From: Erysipelotrichaceae bacterium
GTDB taxonomy: Bacteria; Bacillota_I; Bacilli_A; Erysipelotrichales; Erysipelotrichaceae
Assembly: GCA_016280635.1 (NCBI GenBank)
Contig: JAEEHC010000059.1
Span: 6,787 to 70,786 of the forward strand
Direction: 5' to 3'
Length of the DNA stretch: 64,000 bases
How positions within the stretch are numbered: the first letter of the stretch is position 1; every line of letters begins with the position of its first letter. This document shows positions 18,404 to 27,762 of the stretch, piece after piece. The translations under genes and the position numbers were made by a program. The notes beneath the pieces were generated by a model. That model worked only from the letters and a program-made list of their open reading frames with translations, was not told the origin of the DNA and searched no databases.

Positions 18404-19084
18404 CTACCTCACGATCGTCCTAACCGTCTCCAGAAGGATCTTAAGCTCACTTAACAGGCTGAAATCCCGGATCATCTCCAGGTTGTACTTCATCTTTTCC
18501 GGCATTACGTTTTCAATGTAGGTCTTTTCCGGATCATTTGAGCGGTTAAGCAGCCGGTCCTCATTGCGGTAGAGGATGCTGGCCCGGGAAGTGATCCCAG
18601 CCGGCATTAACAGGGTCGCGTACATTTCCGGGCTGTAGCGGGCCACATACTTCTCCACTTCCGGCCTGGTACCGACAAAGGACATGTTGCCGTTCAGAAT
18701 GTCCAGCAGCTGGGGGAATTCATCAAGACGGTGTCGACGGATGAACCGTCCGACCCGGGTGATCCGCTCGTCATGATTGAGGGTCAACAGCGTACCCTTA
18801 TGGTCAGCGTCGGTGACCATTGAGCGGAACTTGTGGATCATGAAGACCCGGCCGTATCTGGTCACCCGCTTCTGGCGGTAGAACACCGGACCGGGAGAGT
18901 CAATGACAATGGCGATGGCCGTCACCATCATTACCGGAAGCAGCAGTACCAAAAGGATCAGGGAAGCAACAATGTCAAAAAGTCTCTTCACAACAAGAGA
19001 CAGTTTTCTTTCTGACAGAATGTCGTAGTAGACCCTGACTTCATCATTTCTCATGAACTCAGGCAGTTTTTCCCATGATCGCAT
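18404..19084 (-). CDS. Small monotopic phosphoglycosyl transferase (bacterial sugar transferase, PglC/WbaP C-terminal type)
   Basis: LFDIVASLILLVLLLPV re-entrant helix, PGPVFYRQKRVTRYGRVFMIHKFRSM, and DEFPQLLDILNGNMSFVGTRP. Confidence 0.9.
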   Translation of the reverse strand: MRSWEKLPEFMRNDEVRVYYDILSERKLSLVVKRLFDIVASLILLVLLLPVMMVTAIAIVIDSPGPVFYRQKRVTRYGRVFMIHKFRSMVTDADHKGTLLTLNHDERITRVGRFIRRHRLDEFPQLLDILNGNMSFVGTRPEVEKYVARYSPEMYATLLMPAGITSRASILYRNEDRLLNRSNDPEKTYIENVMPEKMKYNLEMIRDFSLLSELKILLETVRTIVR

Positions 19085-19097
19085 CGGCTTTGTTCCT

Positions 19098-20312
19098 TTA
19101 TCTGCTCATCTGCCCGTAGACCTTTTCAAGGCTCTGCAGGACGTATTGGACGTCTTCATCGCTGAGCTTGCTGTAAAGGGGCAGCGAGACGGTGTTTTCG
19201 TAGATATGGAAGGCATTGGGGAAATCGGCGATGTCCCAGCCCAGATTGCGGTAGGCCGTCATCATCGGCAGCGGCTTGTAGTGGACATTGCAGGCCACTC
19301 CCTCATCAGCCATCCGGCTGATGAACTCGCAGCGCTTCTGATGGTCAAAACCGGCCAGCCTGATCAGATACAGATGCAGACTGGAGGTAAAGTCAGCGCC
19401 AAAGTGGTTCATGTACTCAATGCCTAACTCACGGCACTTCCCATCGTATGCCTGGACGATCTGCTTTCTTCTCTGTTGCATCTGCGGATATCTTTCCAGT
19501 TGAGCCAGACCCATGGCCGCGGCCACATCTGTCATGTTGCACTTGTACCAGGGACCGACGATGTCATATTCCCAGCTGTCAGCCCGGCTCTTGGCCAAAG
19601 CGTCCTTGGACTGGCCATGCAGGCTGTAAAGCTGATAGAGGTGATAGAGTTCATCATCCGAAATGCCTTCAATGCTCTTCCAGCAGCTGCCCCCGCCCTC
19701 GGCGGTAGTCAGGTTCTTGACGGCATGGAAGGAGAAGGAAGAGAAATCACCAAACCGGCCGGCGCTTACGCCGTTGCGGCTGGCCCCCAGTGAATGGGCG
19801 CAGTCAGCAACGACCGCAACCCGGTTAAGGGCAGACTGGACCCGGCCATAAGGGCGGAAACAGTCCTTTTTTCTCTCGATGGCCGCAAAGATGCGGTCAT
19901 AGTCGCAGATTATGCCGCCAAGATCCACGGGAACGATGGCCTTGGTATGTTCATTGATGGCGGCTTCCATCTGGTCATAATCCATTTCCCGGCTGTCCTG
20001 TTGGCAGTCGATAAAGCGGACTCTCGCTCCGCAGTGAATGACGGCGGATGCGGAAGCGGTATAGGTATAGGCAGGAACCAGAACCTCATCTTCAGGCTGC
20101 AGTTCCAGTATTCGCAGATTCAGTTCCTCGGCTGCCGTTGCCGAATTGAGGCAGACGAAAGCCGGGCTGCCGATGTATTGTGTCAGCTGTTTTTCCAATT
20201 TTTTCACCCGCGGGCCGGTCGTGATCCAGCCGGAGCGCAGGGCTTCGCTGACCTCATTTATCTCCCTTTCGCTGATGTCGGGAGGGCTGAACGGTATGTT
20301 GCGCTTTTCCAT
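19098..20312 (-). CDS. DegT/DnrJ/EryC1/StrS-family sugar aminotransferase (PglE-like)
   Basis: 404 aa. The PLP-lysine context is SFSFHAVKNLTTAEGG. It lies between a CapD/PglF-like dehydratase and a PglC-like transferase. Confidence 0.88.
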   Translation of the reverse strand: MEKRNIPFSPPDISEREINEVSEALRSGWITTGPRVKKLEKQLTQYIGSPAFVCLNSATAAEELNLRILELQPEDEVLVPAYTYTASASAVIHCGARVRFIDCQQDSREMDYDQMEAAINEHTKAIVPVDLGGIICDYDRIFAAIERKKDCFRPYGRVQSALNRVAVVADCAHSLGASRNGVSAGRFGDFSSFSFHAVKNLTTAEGGGSCWKSIEGISDDELYHLYQLYSLHGQSKDALAKSRADSWEYDIVGPWYKCNMTDVAAAMGLAQLERYPQMQQRRKQIVQAYDGKCRELGIEYMNHFGADFTSSLHLYLIRLAGFDHQKRCEFISRMADEGVACNVHYKPLPMMTAYRNLGWDIADFPNAFHIYENTVSLPLYSKLSDEDVQYVLQSLEKVYGQMSR

Positions 20313-20315
20313 GGC

Positions 20316-22313
20316 TTACTCCTTCTCCCGGTTCTCATCACTTAGGGGATGGTAGGTGGTAACGATCTCGGCGACCTTGTCGCGGATGGAACGGTCATTG
20401 CGGTAGGCCATCTTCATCAGGTCGCTGAGCTGAACGAAGAACTCGTCAGCCTTGAACTCCAGGGGCTTGCCGATGTGGATCAGTTCATTGGCCGTGGTCT
20501 CCAGGCCTTCTTCCGCCATCAGCTTTTCTTCATAGAGCTTCTCACCCGGCCTTAAGCCGCAGTATTCGATCTTGATGTCGATGTCGGGACGGAAGCCGGA
20601 CATCCTGATCAGGTTGCGGGCCAGGGTATCGATCTTTACCGGAGAACCCATGTCCAGCACGAAGATCTCGCCGCCTCTTCCATAGGTACCGGCCAACAAG
20701 ACCAGCGAGACGGCCTCAGGAATGGTCATGAAGTAGCGGATGATGTCCGGATGGGTTACCGTGACCGGACCGCCGTTTTCGATCTGTTTCTGGAAGATCG
20801 GGATGACGGAGCCGTTGGAGCCCAGCACATTGCCGAAGCGGACGGCTACGAAATCCGTCTTGATGCTGTTGTAGTCAAAGGTGTCGTTTTTCTTCAGGGT
20901 GTCAACGCCGTGATCATTGTAATGGGTGAACAGCTGAGGGATGTCCCTGGCTCTGCCTTCCTTGATCTTGGCATCAAAGGACTGGATGATCATCTCACAG
21001 ATGCGCTTGGAAGCGCCCATGATGTTGGTTGGGTTGACGGCTTTGTCCGTTGAAATCAGTACGAATTTCTCACAGCCGTGCATCATGGCCGCAAAGGCGG
21101 TCTTGTAGGTGCCGATGGCATTGTTCTTGATGGCCTCGCAGGGGCTGTCTTCCATTAACGGTACATGCTTATGAGCCGCGGCATGGTAGACGATCTGCGG
21201 GCGGTAAGTCTCAAAGACGTCGTACATCTTGCGGCTGTCGCGCACGGAGCCGATCAGAACCACCAGATCCATTTCCGGATAGCGGTTCTTCAGTTCCAAC
21301 TGAACGCCGTAAGTGGAGTTTTCATAAATGTCAAAGATGATGAGCTGTCTGGGCTTGTGGGAGGCGATCTGCCGGCACAGTTCCGAGCCGATCGATCCGC
21401 CACCGCCGGTCACCAGCACGCTCTTTCCGGAGACGAACTCAAAGACTTCCTCCAGATCGGTACGGATGGGCTCTCTTCCCAGCAGGTCCTCGACCTTGAC
21501 GTCCGCCAGGGAGCTGACACCGATCTGGTTGAGCACGAACTGATAGTAGCCGGGCAGCTGCTTGAGTTCGCAGTCGGTCTCCGAACAGATGTTCAGGATG
21601 TCGCGTTTTTCCTCCGGCGAGGCGCTGGGAATGGCCAGGTAGATGCGGTCGATGTTGTACTTCTTGGCGCTGAGCAGAATGTCATCGCGTCCCCCGACGA
21701 TGGGGACGTTTTCAATGTAGCGGTTCCACTTGCTACGGTCATCGTCAATGATGCAGCAGACGACCTCATTGATCATCTTGGAATTGATGATGTCCCTTAA
21801 GATCATCTGTCCGGCTGAGCCGGCGCCGATGATCATGACACGCTTGTACTTGGCCAGATCTTCCCGGTTGATCCGCTTATTGCTCATGACGTGGAAGAAG
21901 CGGTAGGAGAAGCGGCTGACGCACAGAAAGACAAACTGCAGTATGCCGCCCATTAAGAAGTAGGAGATTGGCATGCGGCCGTAGAAAAGCACCATGGCCA
22001 GAATGTGGGTCGCCAGGGTAATGATCGATGAATAGAGAATGCTGGCCAGTTCCGTATAGCTGACATATTCCCAGATGCTCTTGTAGAGCCGGAAAATGGT
22101 ATAGACAGCCAGACAGATGACCGTATAATACGGGGCAAAGGCCCGCCAGTAGACGATGTAGATCTTGTCGATCAGAGAGAACTTCAGATCATGCCGCAGC
22201 CACAGAGCCAGAAAAAATGAGGCATTAACGGTGATGGCGTCATAGACCATCAGAAAAGCCGTTGTGATCCTCCACGGTTCTATCGTAAAGCGGAATTTCT
22301 TCTTTCCTTCCAT
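20316..22313 (-). CDS. Membrane-bound UDP-N-acetylglucosamine 4,6-dehydratase (CapD/PglF family)
   Basis: 665 aa with four N-terminal TM helices. It has two Rossmann motifs (MIIGAGSAGQ, VLVTGGGGSIGSE) and the CapD-type core. Confidence 0.9.
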   Translation of the reverse strand: MEGKKKFRFTIEPWRITTAFLMVYDAITVNASFFLALWLRHDLKFSLIDKIYIVYWRAFAPYYTVICLAVYTIFRLYKSIWEYVSYTELASILYSSIITLATHILAMVLFYGRMPISYFLMGGILQFVFLCVSRFSYRFFHVMSNKRINREDLAKYKRVMIIGAGSAGQMILRDIINSKMINEVVCCIIDDDRSKWNRYIENVPIVGGRDDILLSAKKYNIDRIYLAIPSASPEEKRDILNICSETDCELKQLPGYYQFVLNQIGVSSLADVKVEDLLGREPIRTDLEEVFEFVSGKSVLVTGGGGSIGSELCRQIASHKPRQLIIFDIYENSTYGVQLELKNRYPEMDLVVLIGSVRDSRKMYDVFETYRPQIVYHAAAHKHVPLMEDSPCEAIKNNAIGTYKTAFAAMMHGCEKFVLISTDKAVNPTNIMGASKRICEMIIQSFDAKIKEGRARDIPQLFTHYNDHGVDTLKKNDTFDYNSIKTDFVAVRFGNVLGSNGSVIPIFQKQIENGGPVTVTHPDIIRYFMTIPEAVSLVLLAGTYGRGGEIFVLDMGSPVKIDTLARNLIRMSGFRPDIDIKIEYCGLRPGEKLYEEKLMAEEGLETTANELIHIGKPLEFKADEFFVQLSDLMKMAYRNDRSIRDKVAEIVTTYHPLSDENREKE

Positions 22314-22495
22314 TAGCTGACGCTTCCTCTCTCTGTATCAGGCCCCACCAAAGAAATCACTTCTGATGTGATGCTCATTAATTATAACATCTTTGTTGCC
22401 CTAATTAAAACCTTCTGTTGAAGCCCGGCTTACACCCTGTCATTTTCTCTTCAGGTGTTGTAGGATGATGGAAGAAAAATGCAGGAGGGACAGAC

Positions 22496-22942
22496 TTGAA
22501 TAAGAGACATAATTACCGGCTGGACTTTCTGAAATTCGTCTTTGCCATGGCGGTAGTCCTGTATCACGCTACCAATGTGATCAAACTGAAAAAGCCGCTA
22601 TTAGGCAGCCGCACCTGGGTCTGGGGCATCATGTTCAAGACCCTCTACCGGGCCTTTCTGAGCATCAATCTGGGCTGCGTGGTCTTTAACCTGGCCAACC
22701 GGCTGGCCGACTGGCTGGGAGAACTGAGTTTTTCCCTTTACCTCGCTCATCCTTCCTGGAGCAAGATACTGCTCTACCTACCCGGGGTTTCCGGCTGGAA
22801 ATTCGCATGGCAGCTGCTGGCATATGTGGCGGTATCCCTGCTGTCGGGGCTGGTCATAATGTATCTGTCACGGCTGGTCTGTGCCTTCTGGAGAAAACAC
22901 GGCCAGAAGATCCGCTCAGCCTTCATTGTCGAAACTGACTGA
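22496..22942 (+). pseudogene. Internally deleted acyltransferase-3 family remnant (148 aa, TTG start)
   Basis: The family N-terminus (RLDFLKFVFAMAVVLYH) and C-terminal block (LGELSFSLYLAHP) are joined in one 148-aa ORF. Intact members are about 340 aa (compare 26728-27756). A GGAGGG RBS is retained. Confidence 0.55.
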
Positions 22943-22962
22943 TCAACATATCAGGAAAAAAC

Positions 22963-22990
22963 AGCGCTGCCGACAGGCAGCGTATTTTTT
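22963..22990. terminator. Bidirectional terminator
   Basis: AGCGCTGCC-GACA-GGCAGCGT hairpin flanked by an A-run upstream and a T-run downstream, between convergent genes. Confidence 0.7.
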
Positions 22991-23958
22991 CAGTCTTCAC
23001 CGGTAAAGATGTTCCAACCGGCAATCTCAGGGTCGCGGATGGTCTTCATGATCAGCCGGGCCTGGTCGAGCAGGTAGTCTGAATAGCCATCAGACCAGCC
23101 GCGTAAGCGGATCTCCTCGATCACGATCGAACTGATCTTTTCGATCAGGTATTTCTTATGTACGCTTTCGCTTTCCGGCAGCTGCTGCAGCTCAAAGATC
23201 AGATCAACGCCATCACGGCATACGGCAAACTCCTTCATCGCCCGCCCGCGCCACTTATAGTAGGGCATGTAGCGCTTGTTGAGCAGAAACAGGGCCGCAG
23301 AAATCTTGTAGATGAACTCGGTTACGCAGCTATAGGCGGCCTGAATGTCGCCACGGCGCAGCGAGCGGTCATAGTTGAACTGACCGGTCTTGCCGGCCAT
23401 AGCCAGATCAGCTGCCACCTTCTTCTTCAAAATGTCTTCCGGATAGAAGTCCTGCCAGGCTTTTCTGATCTCACTGAATCTTCCCTGCGGGTCGGCAAAC
23501 ACCTTTCCGCTGACCGCTTCCGCCAGATAGTACATCGGGGTCTTCAGCCAGTCATCGCTGCCTTGCGGCTTGCCGGTGATGCCGGTATGTTCATAATAAA
23601 ATTCCTCCGTGGAAAAGACACCGACCCGGTGCTCCCTTGCCCCGGTCATCTCACTGTCACCGGGCACCAGAGCGCAGTCCAGGCGGTGGCGGCGCAGAAA
23701 GCCATCACTGTCCAGCTCGTCGTAAGCCCGCTGAAGTTGCTTACCGATCTGGCGCTTGAGGCTTTCATCGATCCACAGGCAGAAGCCGGGAGCGAAATCG
23801 TGGTCCCGGGAGATCCTGTCATCATAGCCCAGACACTCCGAACCCTGGCCGGCCAGCCCAACAGCAATACGGTCTTCGTATTCGGAAAACTGTTTTCTGA
23901 TCATCGGCTTGCCGCATTCATGATAAAAGGCTTCCGCCATTTCCAGGCCGTTCCACAT
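22990..23958 (-). CDS. DUF4037-like protein (function unknown)
   Basis: 322 aa. The N-terminus ...RIAVGLAGQGSECLGYDDRISRDHDFAPGFCLWI matches my recollection of DUF4037 proteins. No search was run. Confidence 0.55.
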   Translation of the reverse strand: MWNGLEMAEAFYHECGKPMIRKQFSEYEDRIAVGLAGQGSECLGYDDRISRDHDFAPGFCLWIDESLKRQIGKQLQRAYDELDSDGFLRRHRLDCALVPGDSEMTGAREHRVGVFSTEEFYYEHTGITGKPQGSDDWLKTPMYYLAEAVSGKVFADPQGRFSEIRKAWQDFYPEDILKKKVAADLAMAGKTGQFNYDRSLRRGDIQAAYSCVTEFIYKISAALFLLNKRYMPYYKWRGRAMKEFAVCRDGVDLIFELQQLPESESVHKKYLIEKISSIVIEEIRLRGWSDGYSDYLLDQARLIMKTIRDPEIAGWNIFTGED

Positions 23959-23982
23959 GCCCGCTTCCTCCTTTTTTGCTTT

Positions 23983-25083
23983 CTAATCTTCATCAGCAAA
24001 CCCGGTAAAGACCGGCACGCCGGTATAGCGGCGGGCCGACTGCTGGCCTCTCAGTACCCTTAAGGCACCTAAGGCCATGGCCTGCTGTTCAAACTCACCG
24101 GGGTAGCTGCTTACCGGAGCAATCCAGCCGCAGTATCCCCTGATCTCTTCTTCAATTTCCTTAAATCTCAATAAGCCGCCAGTCAGAACGATGCCGTCGA
24201 CCTGACCACTCATTGCCGCGGCCATCGCGCCGATGTACTTGGCGATCTGATAGATCATCGTCTGCCAGACCCGTCTGGCCTTGGCATTACCCTGTTCTAT
24301 CATTTCATGGATCCTGTCGCTGTCAGACGTGCCGAAATAACTGGAAAGACCGCCGGTAACGCTAGTGAGATTCTTCATCTGCTGAGGGGTTTTATCCCAG
24401 AGGTATTCAACGATGTCCGGTACCGCCATTGAGCCCATTCTGGTCGGGGTAAAGGGACCCTGACCGCCGCCGGCGTCGTTGCCGTCGACCATCCGGCCTT
24501 TGACATGGGCGGTAATGGAGATACCGCCGTCAATGTGACAGACGATGAAATTGCAGTCCTCATATCGGCGGCCCAGCTTTTCGGCATGCATGCGGGCTAC
24601 CGCCTTGAGGTTAAGGGCATGGCAGATCGCCTTGCGGTAGATACCGTCCAGCCCGCTGTGACGGGCTAGTTCCCAATACTCGTCAACTACCGTTGGGTCA
24701 ACCATGAAGATCTGACCGCCATAGCTCTTCTGCAGTTCTCTGGCCATCTGAACCCCCAGCATTGAGGAATGATACAGTCCGCCGACCGCGTTTCTGGTAT
24801 CCTCGATGAGCTTATCATCAACGATGTAAGTCCCGCTTTCCACCGAACAGCACGGCCCGCCCCGGCCGACAATGGCGTCCAGAGAGGAGAGGTCCAGTTC
24901 ATTATCCTCAATGAATTTCCGGACTACTTCCATCCGGAAATCCAGCTGGTCATTGATGGTTGGAAACTGCACCAGAACCGGGGAGTCATGAAAGACTTCA
25001 GTAGTCATGACGCACTTTTCGCCGTCAAACAGCGACAGCTTGGTGGAGGTTGATCCGGGATTAATCACAAATATCTTTTCCAT
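23983..25083 (-). CDS. buk: Butyrate kinase
   Basis: MEKIFVINPGSTSTKLSLFDG start, CHIDGGISI, and LTGGL blocks of the ASKHA-fold butyrate kinase. The ATG at 25083 is preferred over the TTG at 25089. Confidence 0.9.
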   Translation of the reverse strand: MEKIFVINPGSTSTKLSLFDGEKCVMTTEVFHDSPVLVQFPTINDQLDFRMEVVRKFIEDNELDLSSLDAIVGRGGPCCSVESGTYIVDDKLIEDTRNAVGGLYHSSMLGVQMARELQKSYGGQIFMVDPTVVDEYWELARHSGLDGIYRKAICHALNLKAVARMHAEKLGRRYEDCNFIVCHIDGGISITAHVKGRMVDGNDAGGGQGPFTPTRMGSMAVPDIVEYLWDKTPQQMKNLTSVTGGLSSYFGTSDSDRIHEMIEQGNAKARRVWQTMIYQIAKYIGAMAAAMSGQVDGIVLTGGLLRFKEIEEEIRGYCGWIAPVSSYPGEFEQQAMALGALRVLRGQQSARRYTGVPVFTGFADED

Positions 25084-25256
25084 GGGCAATCATCTTCCGT
25101 AATAACGGATTTATTCAATTATAAACCATTTTTCATCTTATTTAGAGACTCAGATCTGCGATGAACAAAGATCATAACGACAGGCAACAATAAAAAACGC
25201 AATCACGTCAGATCAGTCCGTGAAGCGCTCTTCAATTCATGACGGGAACCGTTCAA

Positions 25257-25571
25257 TTACCTTGACAGATTGAAATTGGAAAGAGCAAGAGGAACGATTC
25301 GGTCAACCTCATCACCTATGGCTTCTTTCGCATTTCTCATGTCAATTTCATTCTGCAGGTTGAGAAAGTAACTGTCCGAGACGCCAAAGTACTTCGCCAG
25401 CCTTAAGGATGTATCGGGGGTGATCTTTCTTCTGTCATGAAGCAGATCCTGAATTCTGGATACGGGCACATTGATGTCTTTAGCCAACCGATAGGCAGAA
25501 ATACCCAACGGCTTCATAAACTCTTCCAGAAGTATTTCACTCAACTTAGGTGTTTCAATTGTCAGATTCAT
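25257..25571 (-). CDS. higA: HigA-family antitoxin (XRE HTH)
   Basis: 104 aa. It contains LEEFMKPLGISAYRLAKDINVPVSRIQDLLHDRRKITPDTSLRLAKYFG and lies downstream of the HigB-like toxin. Confidence 0.88.
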   Translation of the reverse strand: MNLTIETPKLSEILLEEFMKPLGISAYRLAKDINVPVSRIQDLLHDRRKITPDTSLRLAKYFGVSDSYFLNLQNEIDMRNAKEAIGDEVDRIVPLALSNFNLSR

Positions 25572-25583
25572 TTTCTTGCCTCC

Positions 25584-25865
25584 TTAATGGTAATCAGTGA
25601 TTTCAACATCATGGAAGTCTCCATCCGCAAACCTGAAGCAGATTCGATATCGATCGTTAACCCTGATGCTGTACTGACCATCGCGGTCTCCAGACAGTCT
25701 TTCCAGTCTATTAGCCGGGGGAACCCTCAAATCATTCAGATCTGCGGCATTGTTGATCATAATCAATTTGCGCAATGCGATCCCCTGAATTGTTTCAGGG
25801 AGCTTACGGGAAAACTTTTGATTAAACACCTTTTCCGTTTCTTTGTCGCTAAAAGATCTGATCAT
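25584..25865 (-). CDS. higB: HigB-type (RelE/ParE superfamily) toxin
   Basis: 93 aa. MIRSF.DK.TEK.F...F....P..I...A.RKL..IN.A..L.DLR.PP.NRLE.L.GDR.G.YSIR.N...RICF is the classic plasmid-maintenance killer pattern. The toxin-first order fits HigBA. Confidence 0.88.
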   Translation of the reverse strand: MIRSFSDKETEKVFNQKFSRKLPETIQGIALRKLIMINNAADLNDLRVPPANRLERLSGDRDGQYSIRVNDRYRICFRFADGDFHDVEITDYH

Positions 25866-25888
25866 GGCATGCGGTCCTTTGCAAGAAA

Positions 25889-25917
25889 ATTATACACGTA
25901 TAGAATGTACACGTCAA
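25889..25917 (-). promoter_or_regulatory. Sigma-70-type promoter of higBA with embedded ACGTGTA repeats
   Basis: On the minus strand, TTGACG, a 17-nt spacer, then TATAAT. The spacer carries two ACGTGTA repeats that are a likely operator. Confidence 0.6.
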
Positions 25918-26044
25918 TCAGTCATACCTATGGGCAATCGATGATTGATACATTATTGTTATCCGCTAATATCCGCAATTCCTATTTTGTTTTCGCCTTC
26001 CCCCCTGCTTCTGACACTTCCAGATATCTTTCTACTTTCTCTTC

Positions 26045-26073
26045 TTGAAACGCCAGCGCCTTCAGCCGATAAT
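26045..26073 (+). promoter_or_regulatory. Promoter of xpt
   Basis: TTGAAA, a 17-nt spacer, then GATAAT, ending about 24 nt before the start codon. Confidence 0.5.
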
Positions 26074-26096
26074 TAAAACATGATAAACCGGAGGTC

Positions 26097-26678
26097 ATGA
26101 ACATGGAAGAACTCAAGCAGCGCATTCTTAAGGAAGGCAGGGTCCTTCCCGGAGACATTCTTAAAGTCGACAGTTTCCTGAATCATCAGATCGATACCGC
26201 CCTGATGAACCGGATCGGCCAGCGTTTTCATGAGCTTTTCGGCAATGACAAAATCACCCGCATTCTGACCATTGAGGCCAGCGGCATCGCGGCGGCCTAC
26301 GCCACCGCCCAGCAGTTTGACAACTGTCCGCTCGTCTTTGCCAAGAAGGGAACGGCTGCCAACATGAGCGCTGACGTCTATCATGCCACCGCTTACTCCT
26401 ACACCCGCAGCGGAGAAATGGAGATCTATGTCAGCCATCAGTACCTGAGTCCCGCTGACCGGATTTTGATCATCGACGACTTCCTGGCTAACGGCCAGGC
26501 CCTGAGCGCCTTGAGTGAGATTGTCAGACAGGCCGGAGCCCATCTGGTTGGCTGCGGCGTCGTAGTGGAAAAGGCTTATCAGCCCGGCGGAGAAATGCTC
26601 AGAAGACAGGGCATCCGCGTTGAGTCTCTGGCCAAAATTGCGGCCATGGACCCGGAAAACGGCATCCGCTTCGAATAA
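26097..26678 (+). CDS. xpt: Xanthine phosphoribosyltransferase
   Basis: MEELKQRILKEGRVLPGDILKVDSFLNHQID start and PRPP loop ILIIDDFLANGQA. Confidence 0.92.
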   Translation: MNMEELKQRILKEGRVLPGDILKVDSFLNHQIDTALMNRIGQRFHELFGNDKITRILTIEASGIAAAYATAQQFDNCPLVFAKKGTAANMSADVYHATAYSYTRSGEMEIYVSHQYLSPADRILIIDDFLANGQALSALSEIVRQAGAHLVGCGVVVEKAYQPGGEMLRRQGIRVESLAKIAAMDPENGIRFE

Positions 26679-26695
26679 TTTCAATGGAAATGAAA

Positions 26696-26730
26696 TCCCT
26701 CCGTTCAAGGCAGAACGGAGGGGTTTTTTA
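26696..26730. terminator. Terminator after xpt (shared with convergent acyltransferase gene)
   Basis: 10-bp stem CCCTCCGTTC / GAACGGAGGG followed by T6. Confidence 0.75.
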
Positions 26731-27756
26731 CTTTTGGGCTGTCTTCTTTCCCAATAGGGGCGGCCAGATCATGGTTATGACCTTATCCGCGATCAGACAC
26801 ATGATGATGGACAGGATGGCTACGGCGATGGCAGTGATCAGGTCATTGTCCGCCAACCGGTTTCTGGTAAAGGGCAGAATGGTCTGGAAGAACAGGATGG
26901 GGAATTTGTGCATGACCAGGATGGCCATCGTTGATGCCCCGACATATTCCAATGCCCGGTTTCTTTCCAGCGCCTGCGCCAGCAGCAGATAACCGGTGAT
27001 GCTGGTAAAGGCGGAAAGCAGAAACAGCAGGTAATTGTTGTAGATGTCAGCTGAATAGCGGACCCGGCCATTATATAAGCCCAGGGCCCCGCCGGCAACG
27101 ATCAGCAAGGCAGCTGCCAGCAGTTTTACCGGCCGGCTGATCTTCAATTGCGAAACCGGCTTTTTCAGAAGCTTGCCGCTGAGATAGAAGACCATCATGA
27201 CCAGAGCGGTCTCCGCCTGGAAGGGAAGCTTCAACTGCCAGCTGGTGCTGTTGAGATAGCCCAATAGGGCAAAGATGGCAATGCCGGCAGGCAGAAGCCA
27301 GCCGTCCTTTTTCAATCTGCTTTTCAGCTGGCTGATCAGATACCACAACAGATCGCAGACAAACAGACAGGTCAGAGACCATAAGGGATGGTTGTATTCC
27401 ATCTGGCCGTCCTTGGATGATCCGTATAACAGATAGCCCAGATTGGCCAAAAGATTGCCGTTAAATTCCTCTCCCAATGCCCTGGCCGCTACCGCGCCCA
27501 GAACCTGATAGATGATGACGCTAACTAAGCCAAAGAAGAAATAGGGAACCAGCAGGCGCTTGAATTCCCGCCCCAGAAATGTACCGAAGCTTTCCCGGCG
27601 CTCTGAAGCCAGCATGCCGCTGATCAGCATGAACAGGGCAATGTGAAAAGAGTACAGATAGCACTGCACTTCTCCTCCTCTTACCGTATGGCCCAATACC
27701 ACCGCAAACATGGCCAGGGCCCTGAGAATGTCAATCCATCTGACTCTTTCTTTCAT
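26728..27756 (-). CDS. Acyltransferase-3 family membrane O-acyltransferase
   Basis: 342 aa with about 10 TM segments and the N-terminal RWIDILRALAMFAVVLGH motif. Confidence 0.85.
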   Translation of the reverse strand: MKERVRWIDILRALAMFAVVLGHTVRGGEVQCYLYSFHIALFMLISGMLASERRESFGTFLGREFKRLLVPYFFFGLVSVIIYQVLGAVAARALGEEFNGNLLANLGYLLYGSSKDGQMEYNHPLWSLTCLFVCDLLWYLISQLKSRLKKDGWLLPAGIAIFALLGYLNSTSWQLKLPFQAETALVMMVFYLSGKLLKKPVSQLKISRPVKLLAAALLIVAGGALGLYNGRVRYSADIYNNYLLFLLSAFTSITGYLLLAQALERNRALEYVGASTMAILVMHKFPILFFQTILPFTRNRLADNDLITAIAVAILSIIMCLIADKVITMIWPPLLGKKTAQK

Positions 27757-27762
27757 ATCTCT

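Noticed and set aside
17074-18423. 449-aa plus-strand ORF spanning the TagF-like and LicD genes
   Set aside because: It is antisense to two minus-strand genes with unmistakable family motifs and has no RBS. Its composition (G/A/L/D/H/P-rich) is typical of the shadow frame of GC-rich coding DNA. It also crosses a gene boundary on the other strand.
23983-25083. Butyrate kinase as part of a ptb-buk butyrate operon
   Set aside because: No phosphotransbutyrylase gene is adjacent; the downstream neighbour is a DUF4037-like gene. I therefore report only the single enzyme and make no pathway claim.
25990-26096. Expected purine (guanine) riboswitch upstream of xpt
   Set aside because: A good promoter (TTGAAA-17-GATAAT at 26045-26073) leaves only a ~20-nt leader. 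I cannot find the conserved purine-riboswitch core or its three-way junction in the upstream 200 nt.
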